A model generated the notes under the pieces. That model did not search any database, was not told the origin of the DNA, and worked only from the letters and a program-made list of their open reading frames with translations. DNA of 64,000 nucleotides from assembly GCA_000002435.2 (NCBI GenBank), contig CM018793.1. The stretch is one strand, 5' to 3'. The first letter of the stretch is position 1. Each line of letters starts with the position of its first letter. The DNA is from Giardia intestinalis (Eukaryota). A program made the position numbers and the translations under genes. This document shows, piece after piece, positions 10,501 through 20,600 of the stretch.

Positions 10501-11235
10501 GGTAGAAACAATGCAGAGTGGCACTACTAAAAAGATACTGATTGGACGTGCATAGAAAAGGCTCAAAACAGGAAGGACATAGCTAATCGATATATAAGTG
10601 AGACCTCCTAACAACATAGAACACTTACGGGTCTTGTCCGCTTGAGATAAACCCTTGTGCATAATCATGCCCCTATTACCTACCCCGTCTGAATTGGTGA
10701 CTCCAAAGCCTGCGGTAAAAATGGAGTCGCCTGTGCAGTATAGCGTTAGTCCCTTGTTGATCAGCAACTCGTGCACGATCCTGCTGATAGGGAGAAGGAA
10801 AGCCAGTGCCAGAGGGTACCAGGCTCCAAAGAGAATCGGGGAAACACTGAGGAAGGAGAAGGCCAGAGTAAGAGAGGAGCAAAAACAGAGAGCTGCAAAT
10901 CCATAGGGAATGATCTGCCTGTCTCCGACTGCTAGTAATAGAGCCAGTACTGCTATGGCCAAACCAGCACCGAGCGCCAGGAAAAAGGCAAAGATATCAA
11001 ATCTTTCAAAGACAAGGCGATTGTGGACCCTGAACGACACGTAAAGCAAGTACTCTGCAAGGAAAGAAGCCAGCAAGTAAACTATATGTGTTTCGAAGTA
11101 GTTCGAGGAAATAAGATCTAGGATAAGCCCGGCAACAAGAGCCCGTAGCACCCCATCCCCTCCTGCAAGATATATAGAGGCTACGACTATCTGTGGCACG
11201 CAGACTAGTGTGCACGCTTTAGCCCAGCCCTTCAT
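7588..11235 (-). CDS. Large polytopic membrane protein (about 1215 aa, >20 predicted transmembrane segments), family not recognised
   Basis: Hydrophobic helices recur throughout with short loops. The track ORF starts at a TTG (11268); the first true ATG is codon 12 (11235). The gene begins only about 37 bp downstream of the acyltransferase gene stop on the same strand. No Walker or glycosyltransferase motifs were seen. Confidence 0.65.
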   Translation of the reverse strand: MKGWAKACTLVCVPQIVVASIYLAGGDGVLRALVAGLILDLISSNYFETHIVYLLASFLAEYLLYVSFRVHNRLVFERFDIFAFFLALGAGLAIAVLALLLAVGDRQIIPYGFAALCFCSSLTLAFSFLSVSPILFGAWYPLALAFLLPISRIVHELLINKGLTLYCTGDSIFTAGFGVTNSDGVGNRGMIMHKGLSQADKTRKCSMLLGGLTYISISYVLPVLSLFYARPISIFLVVPLCIVSTTLTLSLSALILYFMKKGLYLRELSPRIFKQGYVKFSDRAKEQQVLYKSELSPDGKEKTIAATSKRRFEKLKIGVSLLLHKPVFGDLIWAPCIFCCNLCITLTLLPYEVVLFLAPCTAIYSYLSSRCIMVANSTVFYLLLLLSPLFNPFTAVGGAILCSLQAISAMTEGKPYAPYAFLAAEYITLTINISPGRHYMAYFIIHLICNAFLSSAALPGWSDSVLTAYALQEKVSQLNSGNTSDGRGDTRPESTSIMQQYQKAKSTLRHHALMHCFCVFFITLYSQSRTAALLSGLLLIATGGYYCLSFLSKYTGKELALKLFFVIFVRAIFMILVTLVNVGKLRHIGYKIRGSYLLISLVCYVLLFISLFIPFSESGLAALSAASQRRKKAARISFGLIALFASLLLVIFCNITPLLCTGFLMLVGYVPQGDPSLLLLTVYRGFHSAHIEQYTAYPKTMIVLRFVLTTLVGLCIWTSLLYGLMRVSGVFAATNSSSKEKDTKEDTFSHSTILRRLFSLPNLQVSLIALITGSLAGMFLTAPSLLHFYGAEAVLTPEMLAISLGIVVCIAISPVLVTLLNSTTLFIVSSVLLLLMLIGLSSRYPITIVYTIGLVGIMTLPASVAGLAFVALCFVPELLNAVSLLYVPQDYLLGLWSTNALAFLSRLWFNRELYIRMALYPLVEQGHKDPTIKVKASADLLDSLWTVRDLFVVEPNGSIQLRDTYLCYWIGGLSNGLRYLRLNVGLFIATSCVLLSMWSYAPVVVVLLSLTSLLLPAVELSPGSSRSSSGTPVSVRAIGGYFGTGGSGSSLSDVARLQLVTNVCVALYGSIILRCMYSIIRAPFHLSGASVNATGYLGYILYDAAALLCCSTLSLIPFTLLTGRPYRLFAYLQNVLTKRLLTVIIILICVVVFFATEKCMVFFTLLACLSMLFEAPFLPIQKYNANNKIIINGEVLKGVDKTVVTMDAPAISMNV

Positions 11236-11272
11236 AGACAAAAGTGAAGGAAAGCAAACTAAAAGCAATTTA

Positions 11273-12289
11273 TTAACCGGCGACGTAATGCCCAGAACCA
11301 GACCTGCAGTCAGGGTACTGATCCCTCACAATTGTTGAGCACCTACTAACGTCATCAAGCTGTCTCCGATAGTATTGCTTGTCTGCACCTGTCATATTTA
11401 AGAGGGGAAGCCCAGACTGGACATGGAAGTAGTAGCGCACGTTTTCAGCGTAGAGATCAGGGTCCTTGGACTCCTCCGTTGTTGGCACATATCTTGGCAA
11501 ATAGCGGACAGTGCAAGTAGTCCTGAAGCACAGCATCATTTTGAGGATAGCCACCACCATGTTCTGGTGTGCGTCGCTGACGTCTAGTATTCTTCTGTCA
11601 TATGTGATATGGCAGGCGTGAACCGGTTTCCCGGGAACAAAGAGACCGCGTTTGAATGTTATAAAGACAGTCCCATTTGTTGTAGTTCCCTCGGGTGCGC
11701 CCGCAACAAGTGGCCACTCTCGGGGGAGTCCCAGAGGCCCAGAGGCTAAGAGTGTCCTCTCTTGAATAGCCTTCTGAATTTTCTTCTTCGAATCAGGATC
11801 GTTACGGTCGACAAACAGCCCTTGGTTTGATAGTTCTACAAGTCCAAAGATGGGCATGTTGCGAATACTAGCTTTGTTGATATGCGAAGTAAATCCTAGC
11901 ATCGCCAAGATTGCTCCATCGAGAGAGGTGGTGTGATTGTATATTAAGAGATGATCTACTTCGCTATTCGGCTTATTCTGCACATCCTTCTCTATAATCC
12001 TACAACCCGTTGACCAGACAAAGAGCCAAGTGACGAACATGGTCTGCGCCCGTATGAGGGTCCTCCGAAAAGGGTTGATAGGCCTTGTAAGATCTAGCTT
12101 CAAGGTTAGAATGCGCAGTGATACAAAGGCTATTATGAACGAGAGCACCATAGTTAATAATCTGAAGGGAAATAAAATCGGAGAGGCGATGAACTGCAAG
12201 CTCCAGAGATAATAATAACGCAGAGTCCTTTGAGGTCTAACGGGGACAAATGCATGCAAACCTTTCAGTTCCTTAGAAGGTGTGTCCAT
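11273..12289 (-). CDS. Lysophospholipid acyltransferase, LPCAT/AGPAT-like (PlsC family)
   Basis: PlsC motif I H-x4-D appears as IYNHTTSLDGAIL, and the motif III/LPCAT signature PEGTxTN appears as GAPEGTTTNGTVFITFKRG. An N-terminal hydrophobic anchor (LQFIASPILFPFRLLTMVLSFIIAFVSL) is present. The track ORF starts at a TTG (12346); the first true ATG is codon 20 (12289). Confidence 0.65.
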   Translation of the reverse strand: MDTPSKELKGLHAFVPVRPQRTLRYYYLWSLQFIASPILFPFRLLTMVLSFIIAFVSLRILTLKLDLTRPINPFRRTLIRAQTMFVTWLFVWSTGCRIIEKDVQNKPNSEVDHLLIYNHTTSLDGAILAMLGFTSHINKASIRNMPIFGLVELSNQGLFVDRNDPDSKKKIQKAIQERTLLASGPLGLPREWPLVAGAPEGTTTNGTVFITFKRGLFVPGKPVHACHITYDRRILDVSDAHQNMVVAILKMMLCFRTTCTVRYLPRYVPTTEESKDPDLYAENVRYYFHVQSGLPLLNMTGADKQYYRRQLDDVSRCSTIVRDQYPDCRSGSGHYVAG

Positions 12290-12403
12290 CCTTGGGTCAA
12301 AGACCGAAGAGCAAGGGGCCAAATAATTTGCACAACCCTTTTGCAATCTTTGTAAAAATGTCTTTTAATATTAAATTTCCATAGCTCTCCTACAAATCCT
12401 CTT

Positions 12404-14251
12404 ATGCCTTTCCACAATCTCTTGATGGCGACGCGGGCGGGAGCTCTCTACATCTCGGACCAGATGCTCACGGTGGACCTGCGGCCGACCATTCATTATG
12501 AACCCTTACTATCACTTTTGAGCCGCGCTACTGTATCTCTTCGAAACGAGCCAAACATAGTCAGGCTAGCGCTTGGAGATGCTCACCCAGGAATCGTTAC
12601 TTTAAACCGGCGCAAATGGGTGCTCTCTCGGGAGGCTATCGACTTTCATTGTTCTGAAAAGGTATATGTTGTTGGAGACCTCCATGGAAACTACTCTGCA
12701 TTAATAATCTTACTGTTAGAGGCAAACATTCTTCGCCGTAATGATGCTGGCTACCTCTCTATTGACCAGAATGCCTTCCAGTCCACGCATCTCGTCTTCT
12801 TAGGAGACTATGTGGATCGAATGTCCCACTCCATAGAGATCATTGCTCTCCTTTGTTATCTAAAGCTGTCCTATCCTAGCAAGATTACATTGTTGCGTGG
12901 AAATCACGAGACTATCGCAACGTCTATGGGAAACACCACTCACAAAGAGCTTTGCATCAAATACGGTAGGGAGCGCGGTGGTAACATCTACAGAATGCTG
13001 ACGAAGTTCTTCTGCTCTCTTCCACTGGCGTGTCTCATAAATTCCATTGCCCTATGCATTCATGGGGGAATACATGCCCCAGAGCCGGCTCGAATAGGTG
13101 ACCTGGACATAATAAACCGGTTTCGCGAGCCTGATCAATTAAGAAAGAAAGCAACTCCCTATTATGACCACCTACAGAATCTTCTATGGTCAGATTATGT
13201 TGATGAAGATCCTGACGAGGCAGACAAGGGGGGAATATGTCATAACGCCGATCGCGCTACCGGGATTCTATACGGTCCAACCGCGCTTCATTCTTTCATC
13301 AGCTCTAACGGGCTATCAATGATAATTAGGGGTCATGAGTGTGTCCCAGATGGCTTCCTCACCAATGAGTTTGGAGCTCATAACACGATATTCTCATCTC
13401 CTCTCTACGATGATAAAAACAGCGGTGCAATAATGCTTCTTATCAAGCCATCCGAAGCAGATATTCCTGCATCATACAGGCCTCAAAACATACATCTAAC
13501 TAAGAAGGAATTTATAGCCACATTTTCACTAGCATACACTAATATCTTTCAACACGATACAATGAAGATACATCCTCTCATATTAGCAAGATCTACTGGC
13601 CTAGTTCCAGTTCCTCAGCGAATATACAAGATAGCCAACGCCCTGGAGCCTCGTGAGCCTGTCTCTAAGCATCTTAATCTTGAGTGCACTACTACAGCTC
13701 TTAGCCAACAGCATCCTATAGTGTATGATTCTGTCTTGTGTTTGGACGGGTGCTTACTTGACATCCCTCCCGATCACAACCCTCTAGCTGGCACTCCTGC
13801 GCCACTGTATGAGCTTCACGGATGCGATGGATCTTTTATCCTGGCCATACCTAGTATCAGACGATTCATTCGCTTACTATCAGAGCTGTGCTTGCATCTT
13901 GGGATCCCCAACTATGCTGTGCTGAGTGCCGTAGCTGACCACTACAAATGGCTTGTTGCTCCGAATGGATATAAGTACGAGTTTACCAAGGTCGAGATAT
14001 CACAAGGGAGTATGCGGCACTACTATTTACAACTCGGAGAAAGGACTGTTTGTGTCCCAAGAGTTCTGTCCCAGCCCATATTCCCCCTCAAAACGCTGAT
14101 TCTCTTGGCCAGAAAGTCTGAGAAGAGCTTTCTACATGCCTTGGCATGTCTATCTAAGCTTCAAACCAAGCTCCTGGCCCTAAATACCAGTGTTGATGCC
14201 GGCCCATCTCTTTTCAATAAGTTGGCCTCCGTGCTCTTGGCTCACGCCTGA
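12404..14251 (+). CDS. Serine/threonine protein phosphatase, PPP family (calcineurin-like metallophosphoesterase) with a ~250-aa C-terminal extension
   Basis: Diagnostic PPP motifs occur in order: GDxHG (VVGDLHGNY), GDxVDRG (FLGDYVDRM), GNHE (LLRGNHETI), HGG (LCIHGGIHAP) and RG-H (IIRGHECV). ATG start with an AT-rich initiator (TAATATTAAATTTCCATAG…). Confidence 0.8.
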   Translation: MPFHNLLMATRAGALYISDQMLTVDLRPTIHYEPLLSLLSRATVSLRNEPNIVRLALGDAHPGIVTLNRRKWVLSREAIDFHCSEKVYVVGDLHGNYSALIILLLEANILRRNDAGYLSIDQNAFQSTHLVFLGDYVDRMSHSIEIIALLCYLKLSYPSKITLLRGNHETIATSMGNTTHKELCIKYGRERGGNIYRMLTKFFCSLPLACLINSIALCIHGGIHAPEPARIGDLDIINRFREPDQLRKKATPYYDHLQNLLWSDYVDEDPDEADKGGICHNADRATGILYGPTALHSFISSNGLSMIIRGHECVPDGFLTNEFGAHNTIFSSPLYDDKNSGAIMLLIKPSEADIPASYRPQNIHLTKKEFIATFSLAYTNIFQHDTMKIHPLILARSTGLVPVPQRIYKIANALEPREPVSKHLNLECTTTALSQQHPIVYDSVLCLDGCLLDIPPDHNPLAGTPAPLYELHGCDGSFILAIPSIRRFIRLLSELCLHLGIPNYAVLSAVADHYKWLVAPNGYKYEFTKVEISQGSMRHYYLQLGERTVCVPRVLSQPIFPLKTLILLARKSEKSFLHALACLSKLQTKLLALNTSVDAGPSLFNKLASVLLAHA

Positions 14252-14285
14252 TTGGTTTTCTAGTTAATGATGCCTGAAAACTACT

Positions 14286-15161
14286 CTAGAATAGGCTATG
14301 ACCCCGTCTTCGGCGACCGCTGTAACGACTAACGGGCTTAGCATCCTTTCCGTCTAGCCTAGCCTTGACTACTTGGTGCAGTTTCCACTCACGACTGAAT
14401 TTAGCAGGTTGTTGCCATTTTTTACCCTTAAGGAAACCTCCTGCGCGTCGCTTTTCAGCGTTACTCATTTGCCTAACCTTAGAGTACCCTATTTGCTCTT
14501 GCGCCTCAGTATCCCCAGTAGGGTCGTCTCCATCTAAAGCCGCAGGTAGCTGTTCAGGCTTATGCCCCGAGAATAAAAGGAGATAGAACTTCTTCGCCAT
14601 AGTACTGTTTGGATAATCGATAATAAGGCCGCCAGTGAAGCCCGCCTTGATGGCGCAGTCTTGCATAAGCGAAATCTGGTCATTATTTTCAGGATATATC
14701 TGCAGAGCTGCCCGTGCTCCATGACAGAGACACGAGTATAAACTCTGAAAGAACCGAATGAGCCTTGCACGGGGATTCTCGCTCTTCTTGTTAGAGTAGC
14801 AAAGCCACTGGAGAGCAGAAACAGAAATGCAGCCGTCAAAAAGACCGTGGGTAAACGTGAGGCCATCACCCACGTCTTGTTCGACAAGATGGGGATTGTC
14901 GTTTATGCTCAGCATTGCAGGTGAGATGTCAACGCCTATATGCTCATGACCAGCCTCAGTCAACACCTGACCAGATATCCCGGAGCCACACCCGACATCC
15001 AAAATCAAGCAGGGCTGATTGGGAGGTAAAGCGAGGAGCTGCAGTGCACGCTCTGCCATCTGTCGCTGGATATACATTATTCGTGTGTTCTGGGTGTATT
15101 TGGCGACTTCAAACTGATTGTAAAACAGGTCAGCAGGGCCTGAGGCCTCGGGTCTAGACAT
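14286..15161 (-). CDS. 18S rRNA (guanine-N7)-methyltransferase, Bud23/WBSCR22 family
   Basis: The N-terminus MSRPEASGPADLFYNQFEVAKYTQNTRIMYIQRQMAERALQLLALPPNQPCLILDVGCGSGISGQVLTEAGHEHIGVDISPAML is near-collinear with Bud23/WBSCR22 (MSRPE…PPE.FYN..EA.KYT…IQ..M..RALELL.L…LDIGCGSGLSG..L…GH.W.G.DIS..ML), including SAM motif I. The C-terminus is basic and KRR-rich. True ATG with a strong AT-rich initiator (CTTAAAAAATAATTGATTTATTTATCTT-ATG). Confidence 0.85.
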   Translation of the reverse strand: MSRPEASGPADLFYNQFEVAKYTQNTRIMYIQRQMAERALQLLALPPNQPCLILDVGCGSGISGQVLTEAGHEHIGVDISPAMLSINDNPHLVEQDVGDGLTFTHGLFDGCISVSALQWLCYSNKKSENPRARLIRFFQSLYSCLCHGARAALQIYPENNDQISLMQDCAIKAGFTGGLIIDYPNSTMAKKFYLLLFSGHKPEQLPAALDGDDPTGDTEAQEQIGYSKVRQMSNAEKRRAGGFLKGKKWQQPAKFSREWKLHQVVKARLDGKDAKPVSRYSGRRRRGHSLF

Positions 15162-15289
15162 AAGATAAATAAATCAATTATTTTTTAAGTTTAGAAGGAG
15201 CAAGCTCTCGTGTGATCGGGGGACTCGATGAGGTGTCTAAGAACAAGCTTACATACAATTAACAATATTTTAAGACTAAACAGAACACC

Positions 15290-15325
15290 TTTTTATAATT
15301 ATCGCAATCAGTCCCTTAAAACAAA
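15290..15325 (+). promoter_or_regulatory. AT-rich initiator/core promoter region immediately upstream of the Vps4 ATG
   Basis: TTTATAATTATCGCAATCAGTCCCTTAAAACAAA abuts the ATG. Giardia-type promoters are short AT-rich elements within about 50 bp of the start codon. The same pattern recurs upstream of most ATGs in this window. Confidence 0.5.
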
Positions 15326-16690
15326 ATGACCATTGTTCCTGGTCGAAACATTGACAAGGGATTTGCACTGATTAAGGAGGCCGTCGTAAGCGACAATGCC
15401 AAGAAGTATCCTGAGGCATATGAAAAGTATAAGAAAGGAATTGAGCTCATCTCCATTGGCCTTACGTCTGAGACCATAAAGGGTCGAAAGGAAAATCTAG
15501 AGAGTTATCTCGAAAAGGCCAGGTTTAGGATGAAACAACTTGAACAGGTCCTGGTTACCGCACGCGAAAAGGCCAACATGAAAGGTTTGGGACCAAAGCA
15601 AAGTCCTGCTCCTGCACAGCCAAAGAAAGATTTGACACCTCAAGAGCCTCGTAAGAATAATTCTGCCAACGACAGTGTAGAAGACTCAAAGCCAAAGAAA
15701 GCGATTAAGCAGAAGACTGGGGAGGATGACGCCCTCAAGGCTGCGATCTCTAATGTAATTATTCGCATGAAGCCTGATGTTAAATGGGATGACGTTGTTG
15801 GTCTTACAACGGCTAAAGAGGCCCTCAAAGAGGCTGTCATTCTGCCGTTTAAATTTCCCCAGCTTTTCCAAGGCAAGCGCGAGCCGTGGCGCGGGATCCT
15901 CCTGTACGGATGCCCCGGCACCGGCAAGTCGTTCCTCGCGAAGGCGGTCGCTGCAGAGTGCGACGCCACCTTCTTCTCTGTCTCGAGCTCGGACCTGGTG
16001 TCGAAGTACGTCGGCGAGTCTGCCCGCCTCATCAAGGCCCTCTTCGAGCTGGCCCGCGCAGAGAAGCAGGCCGTCATCTTCATCGACGAGATTGACGCCC
16101 TTGCCTCTGCTAGGGGCGGCGGAGAGGAGAGCGACGCGTCTCGCCAGATCAAGACCGAGTTCCTCGTGCAGATGCAGGGCGTCGGCAAGACCGGCGGGAA
16201 CGTCCTGGTTCTGGGCGCGACAAACTACCCGGAGGCGCTCGACAGCGCCATCCGCCGCCGCTTCGAGAAGCGCATCGAGATCGTCCTCCCAGACGCCGCT
16301 GCCAGAGCAAATATCATAAAGAATTGCATCGGCACTACGCCCAATGTGCTAGCAGATGAGGATATCACTGAGCTCGGACAGCAAACAGAAAACTACTCTG
16401 GCTCTGACCTCAGCATATTGTGCAAGGAAGCTCTCATGGACCCCGTGCGCGTGTTGCAGAAGGTGTCCTACTTCCGCCTCAATAAGATCACAGGCATGTA
16501 CGAGGTTTCAGCATCAGACATGCCCGGCGCTGAGAAGAAAGACTTTATGGATATTCCCAACGATAAGCTGACGGTTCCCTATGTCACTGTGAGTAGCCTG
16601 TTGCGTGCCAAGGCAGCCGTGAAGTCGAGCGTCTCCCAAGCTGACAAGTCGCGCATAGCGAAGTTCACAGCGGAGTTCGGCTCCACCTGA
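15326..16690 (+). CDS. Vps4/SKD1-type AAA ATPase (ESCRT-III disassembly) with an N-terminal MIT domain
   Basis: N-terminal MIT-like helices (FALIKEAVVSDNAKKYPEAYEKYKKGIELISIGL) precede the AAA core: Walker A ILLYGCPGTGKSFLAKAVAAE, Walker B AVIFIDEIDAL and SRH (GATNYPEALDSAIRRRFEKRIEI). The Vps4-type C-terminus ends …AKFTAEFGST. ATG preceded by TTATAATTATCGCAATCAGTCCCTTAAAACAAA. Confidence 0.9.
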   Translation: MTIVPGRNIDKGFALIKEAVVSDNAKKYPEAYEKYKKGIELISIGLTSETIKGRKENLESYLEKARFRMKQLEQVLVTAREKANMKGLGPKQSPAPAQPKKDLTPQEPRKNNSANDSVEDSKPKKAIKQKTGEDDALKAAISNVIIRMKPDVKWDDVVGLTTAKEALKEAVILPFKFPQLFQGKREPWRGILLYGCPGTGKSFLAKAVAAECDATFFSVSSSDLVSKYVGESARLIKALFELARAEKQAVIFIDEIDALASARGGGEESDASRQIKTEFLVQMQGVGKTGGNVLVLGATNYPEALDSAIRRRFEKRIEIVLPDAAARANIIKNCIGTTPNVLADEDITELGQQTENYSGSDLSILCKEALMDPVRVLQKVSYFRLNKITGMYEVSASDMPGAEKKDFMDIPNDKLTVPYVTVSSLLRAKAAVKSSVSQADKSRIAKFTAEFGST

Positions 16691-16717
16691 GCTGTTATAG
16701 CTCTGCCGTCATAGCCT

Positions 16718-17545
16718 TTACAGCCGCCTTTCCTCCAAGGTCGAAGTGAGATATCCAGTTGTCTGTGTCTGTGCGCTTATCAGTCTTCGTTTTTCTTTCT
16801 GATTGGGCCTATTAAGGCTGGAGCAGTCTACCGTGAAGTGACGCGTGGTCTCGATTGTATGGTCGTGCGAAAGCATTTCCAGTCGCAAGCACAGGCTTCC
16901 AACAACCTCCGAATCGAGGACGATTGGGTAGGTGTCGGATATTTGTGTAAACTGACGATCCTTATGTGTCATGTTCCTGCTGAATGTAAATGGGCGGGCC
17001 GCGACTTCACCGACCACTCGGGAGTCAGCACCTGGGACCGGCGCCGTGCAGAGCTGCAGCTTCACCAAGAGATAGTGCAAGGACTCAAGAAAGAGGGGCG
17101 GCGGGGGACAGAGCACGATGCACTCGTTGGGGATCTGGACGGAAGGTCCGTGGTTTGTCTGGATTCTGGTAAGAATGCGATTGGCGGCGTCGTTAGTCTT
17201 ACAGCGTGTGCCAAGCTCCGACCTGACTACGATGTTGTGGACCGATAGAAGAAGAGGGGCACAGGAGTTCACGCGCAGAGACACCCACCTTGGCAGTCCT
17301 GGCTGCACCGGGACGGTGGGGCAGATGTTTCCATGCCCATCCAGGTATAGTACATGCAAGGATGTCTCGGCCGAGGACGCCCGAGTCTGTGTCTCTTCGT
17401 CCACGGATACGCGGCTGTCTGCGAGACGCTCGGTGTGGTCCATAAGTCGTGTGCGCTGCCTTGCAAGCTTGTCATACCGTATCATGTATCCCTTGAGACG
17501 CTTCGCCCTCTGCTTGGCCTCCATGTTGTTTTCCAATCCACACAT
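16718..17545 (-). CDS. Hypothetical protein (coding strand uncertain)
   Basis: The track ORF starts at a TTG (17647). The first true ATG (MCGLENNMEAKQ…) is preceded by CATAATAAAAGC, a plausible initiator. Overlapping plus-strand ORFs (16838..17248, 17118..17558) exist and there are no recognisable motifs, so this call is weak. Confidence 0.3.
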   Translation of the reverse strand: MCGLENNMEAKQRAKRLKGYMIRYDKLARQRTRLMDHTERLADSRVSVDEETQTRASSAETSLHVLYLDGHGNICPTVPVQPGLPRWVSLRVNSCAPLLLSVHNIVVRSELGTRCKTNDAANRILTRIQTNHGPSVQIPNECIVLCPPPPLFLESLHYLLVKLQLCTAPVPGADSRVVGEVAARPFTFSRNMTHKDRQFTQISDTYPIVLDSEVVGSLCLRLEMLSHDHTIETTRHFTVDCSSLNRPNQKEKRRLISAQTQTTGYLTSTLEERRL

Positions 17546-17678
17546 GCTTTTATTATGACAGAGCCTCAATCCAACAATTTGGGTGTCACTGACCGCAAAA
17601 GACTCGTTTCTGCGGGGTGTCGATCGCCCTGCTACCTGTCTACGCAAGCGCTCTGTGGATTTACTAGCATATGCTAAT

Positions 17679-20600
17679 TCACATCGACGTAAGAAAATCG
17701 ACGAGGTCTTCCGAATCTACCGAACACCTTACCATATTGGCAAAGATACTGTCAGGCTTGTGAAACAGCACGCGCGGAGGACCCTGCTCGACTATTTGAC
17801 CACCGGCCATAACAATAACCCTATCCTGGTTGCAAACAGTGCGGAGTCTATGGGCTATCGTAATAATGATCTTTTGCTCCTTATATGCCCCCAGGGCATC
17901 CTGGATAGCCGTCTCTGCGGCACTATCCACGTGTGCTGTTACCTCGTCCAATAGGATGACTTCTGTGTCTCTGAGCAGCGCGTGGGCTACGCACAGAAGC
18001 TGTCGCTGTCCGAGCGAAAGGTTGCTGCCGTTATCAAAAAGGTGGTAGTCAAGTTGCTTTGACTGAGCTCGAAGTATTCACGCAAGTGCGTCTTCTCCAA
18101 GACACGCCACAGCTCCTCATCTGAGAACCGTCTATCCCCGGAGAGATAGGCTCGCAGTGTCCCGGAGAAAATAAAAGGATCCTGTGGTATCAGCGTCACC
18201 TTAGACCGTGCCTGATGTAAGCCCATCTTCAGCAGGTTCAGGCCATTCAAGAGAATCTCAGACCCGCCTCTGGCTCGACAAGTCTGAGAATCGCATTGAC
18301 AAGGGATGACTTGCCAGACCCTGTCTTTCCTATGATTGCAACGCGCTCTCCCTTGCCGCTGTGAATGAGATCCCATGAAGCACAACTGGCAAATGCTGTT
18401 GATAGCGTAGCGAAAGATCTTGCACAATAAGCCCGAGAGTAGAGTCTGCCGGCAGCTACTTGGGCTATGCGGAGCGCTTGTACTCTCTGGTTCAAGAGTA
18501 GCGTACTCTGCTACCCTTCCACGCTGGCCATAGAAAGATCCATTGCAACAATCCCGAAGCACATATCTATTAACATCATGACAACATCAAAGCCATTCAT
18601 GAGTACGGTACCTGAAAATATCTCTCCGTTAGCAAAAGAAGACGTTATGATAGTGGACACAGTAACTACTGCGGACACACAGATAGATAGAAGGGTAGTT
18701 GTAAAGTGTAGCCATCTGTAGAGGGAAACATCCATCCAAAATGCCGCCTCCATAGCTAGGACGGCTCTGGCGTAGTAGCTTGCCGCCTGGGCTTCATACC
18801 TATACGCTCTAAGAGATGCCAGGTTGTAGTATGTGTCTAGAATAAAGTTACACACATGGCTATTCAAGAGGGAGGTGGTGCGTCGCAAGAGGGGCGACAC
18901 AGCACGAAATCCCATGAACATCCAAAGGAACAGTCCCAGCAAGGGAACTAGCACAAACGTAGATGGCCAGCTCATCAGCAAAGTGGCCAGTAATGAACCC
19001 AGCACAAAGATGGAGTTCTCACATGTCGCTGCTAGGCCATTCTTCACCGTCAAATCACATGTACCTGTGTCTGCTATCAGGCGGTTAAGGATCCGTCCAA
19101 TGGGGTGTGCGTCATAGAACGACATCGATGTATTGATAAGCCCCTCTTCCATGCTGTAGTACAGCTTCTCTGCCGCCTTCCGTGTGAACAGCATATAGAA
19201 GAGCTGCCCAACGAAGAGGATCACCATAAATGCAAAGGAGAACGACAAGAACAGACCTATGCAACCACCTGTGCTCAGCCCTAGCCGCTGTCGGTCCAGA
19301 AGTTGATGAGCAGCGACGCCAGTTGCAACATAAGTATACAGAAGACCCACATGACAACATAAATGACGAATTCCAGGTCCCGCCTGCCTTGAACCATAGC
19401 TTGTAATATTTAGAATTAACAGATCCCAGCTCCGTGCATTCTCCTCCTTAAGCACTGCTGCCATTCGATGCACTTGATAGTCAGAGTCGTGTTTCTCTAC
19501 AGCCTGTATAGAGGTTAGTGAGGGACTTCTGCGACGGGCAGAGGAGAACAGTCTATATCTACGCTCTCTGGTGTCACTTCTTTGATCGTGCCAGCATCTA
19601 TAAATAGCACCTTTAAGCACGAACGAAAGTAATGCATCTGATTGGTCGCCAACACAACGGTCTTCCCCCTTGCAAGTAGATACCCTTTGATGGTCTCGCT
19701 CCATAACGACTTGCAAACATGAGAGTCCAGAGAGGCGAACGGATCATCAAACAAGTAAATATCCGCGTCGGAGTAGATGGCCCTGGCAATTGATAATCGA
19801 GCTTTCTGTCCTCCAGACAGTGTCACACCGCGGCTGCCAACAAGTGTGGCAAGCCCCCCTGGTAGTTCAGAAAGGTCCCCATCCAGACAGGAGAGCCGAG
19901 TTGCAAGCTGCATTTTCTCTTCATCATAGGGTAAGAATAACTGGATATTGAACTGTATGGTCCCTGTAACACGGACGGCACCTGCGAGCAGTATGCAATA
20001 CGGCCCACCGAGTGTATATGAGCGGAATCCGAACTACTTGATGTCGAAAGGGCCACCTCTCCCAGAATAGCCAATAGGAGCTCGACTTCCCGGAGCCAAC
20101 ACAGCCCCCCACCCCAACCAGGCACCCCCTAGGAATACTAAACTGCAAGGATCTAAGAACTGGCACGCACTCTGTCTCTAATTCGCGTACGGAAGACTGA
20201 AGTACGGTAATCTGCCTATGCATGGCTGCTAGCTCAACATAGTACTTCCTTAATCTGTCAGTTTGAGAGGAGCACCTGGAGGCATCAGGCGTTGCCGGCT
20301 GGGGCTTTGGAAGTAGGAGTCCATCGGGGGCATGGGGCTCGTCGCCCCTAGGAGAACCAGCGGCTGCCAGGGACGGCGTCTCGATCGGACCGTCCATTCC
20401 GCACCTACCAGCACATCTTCAGGAGCCTCTTCTCGAGTGCATTGTATGCGCCGAGCAGTTTAGAGCCGCCCTCATGGACAGCAATCTTCTGTTCCTGGCT
20501 TGTAAGATTGCTGTTAGAATTGAAAGAAGAGGGTATGTGTCTGTGGCACTGTCTCCCCCACGAATAACTCGGGTTGCCCACTGTCCATATAACAAACTGA

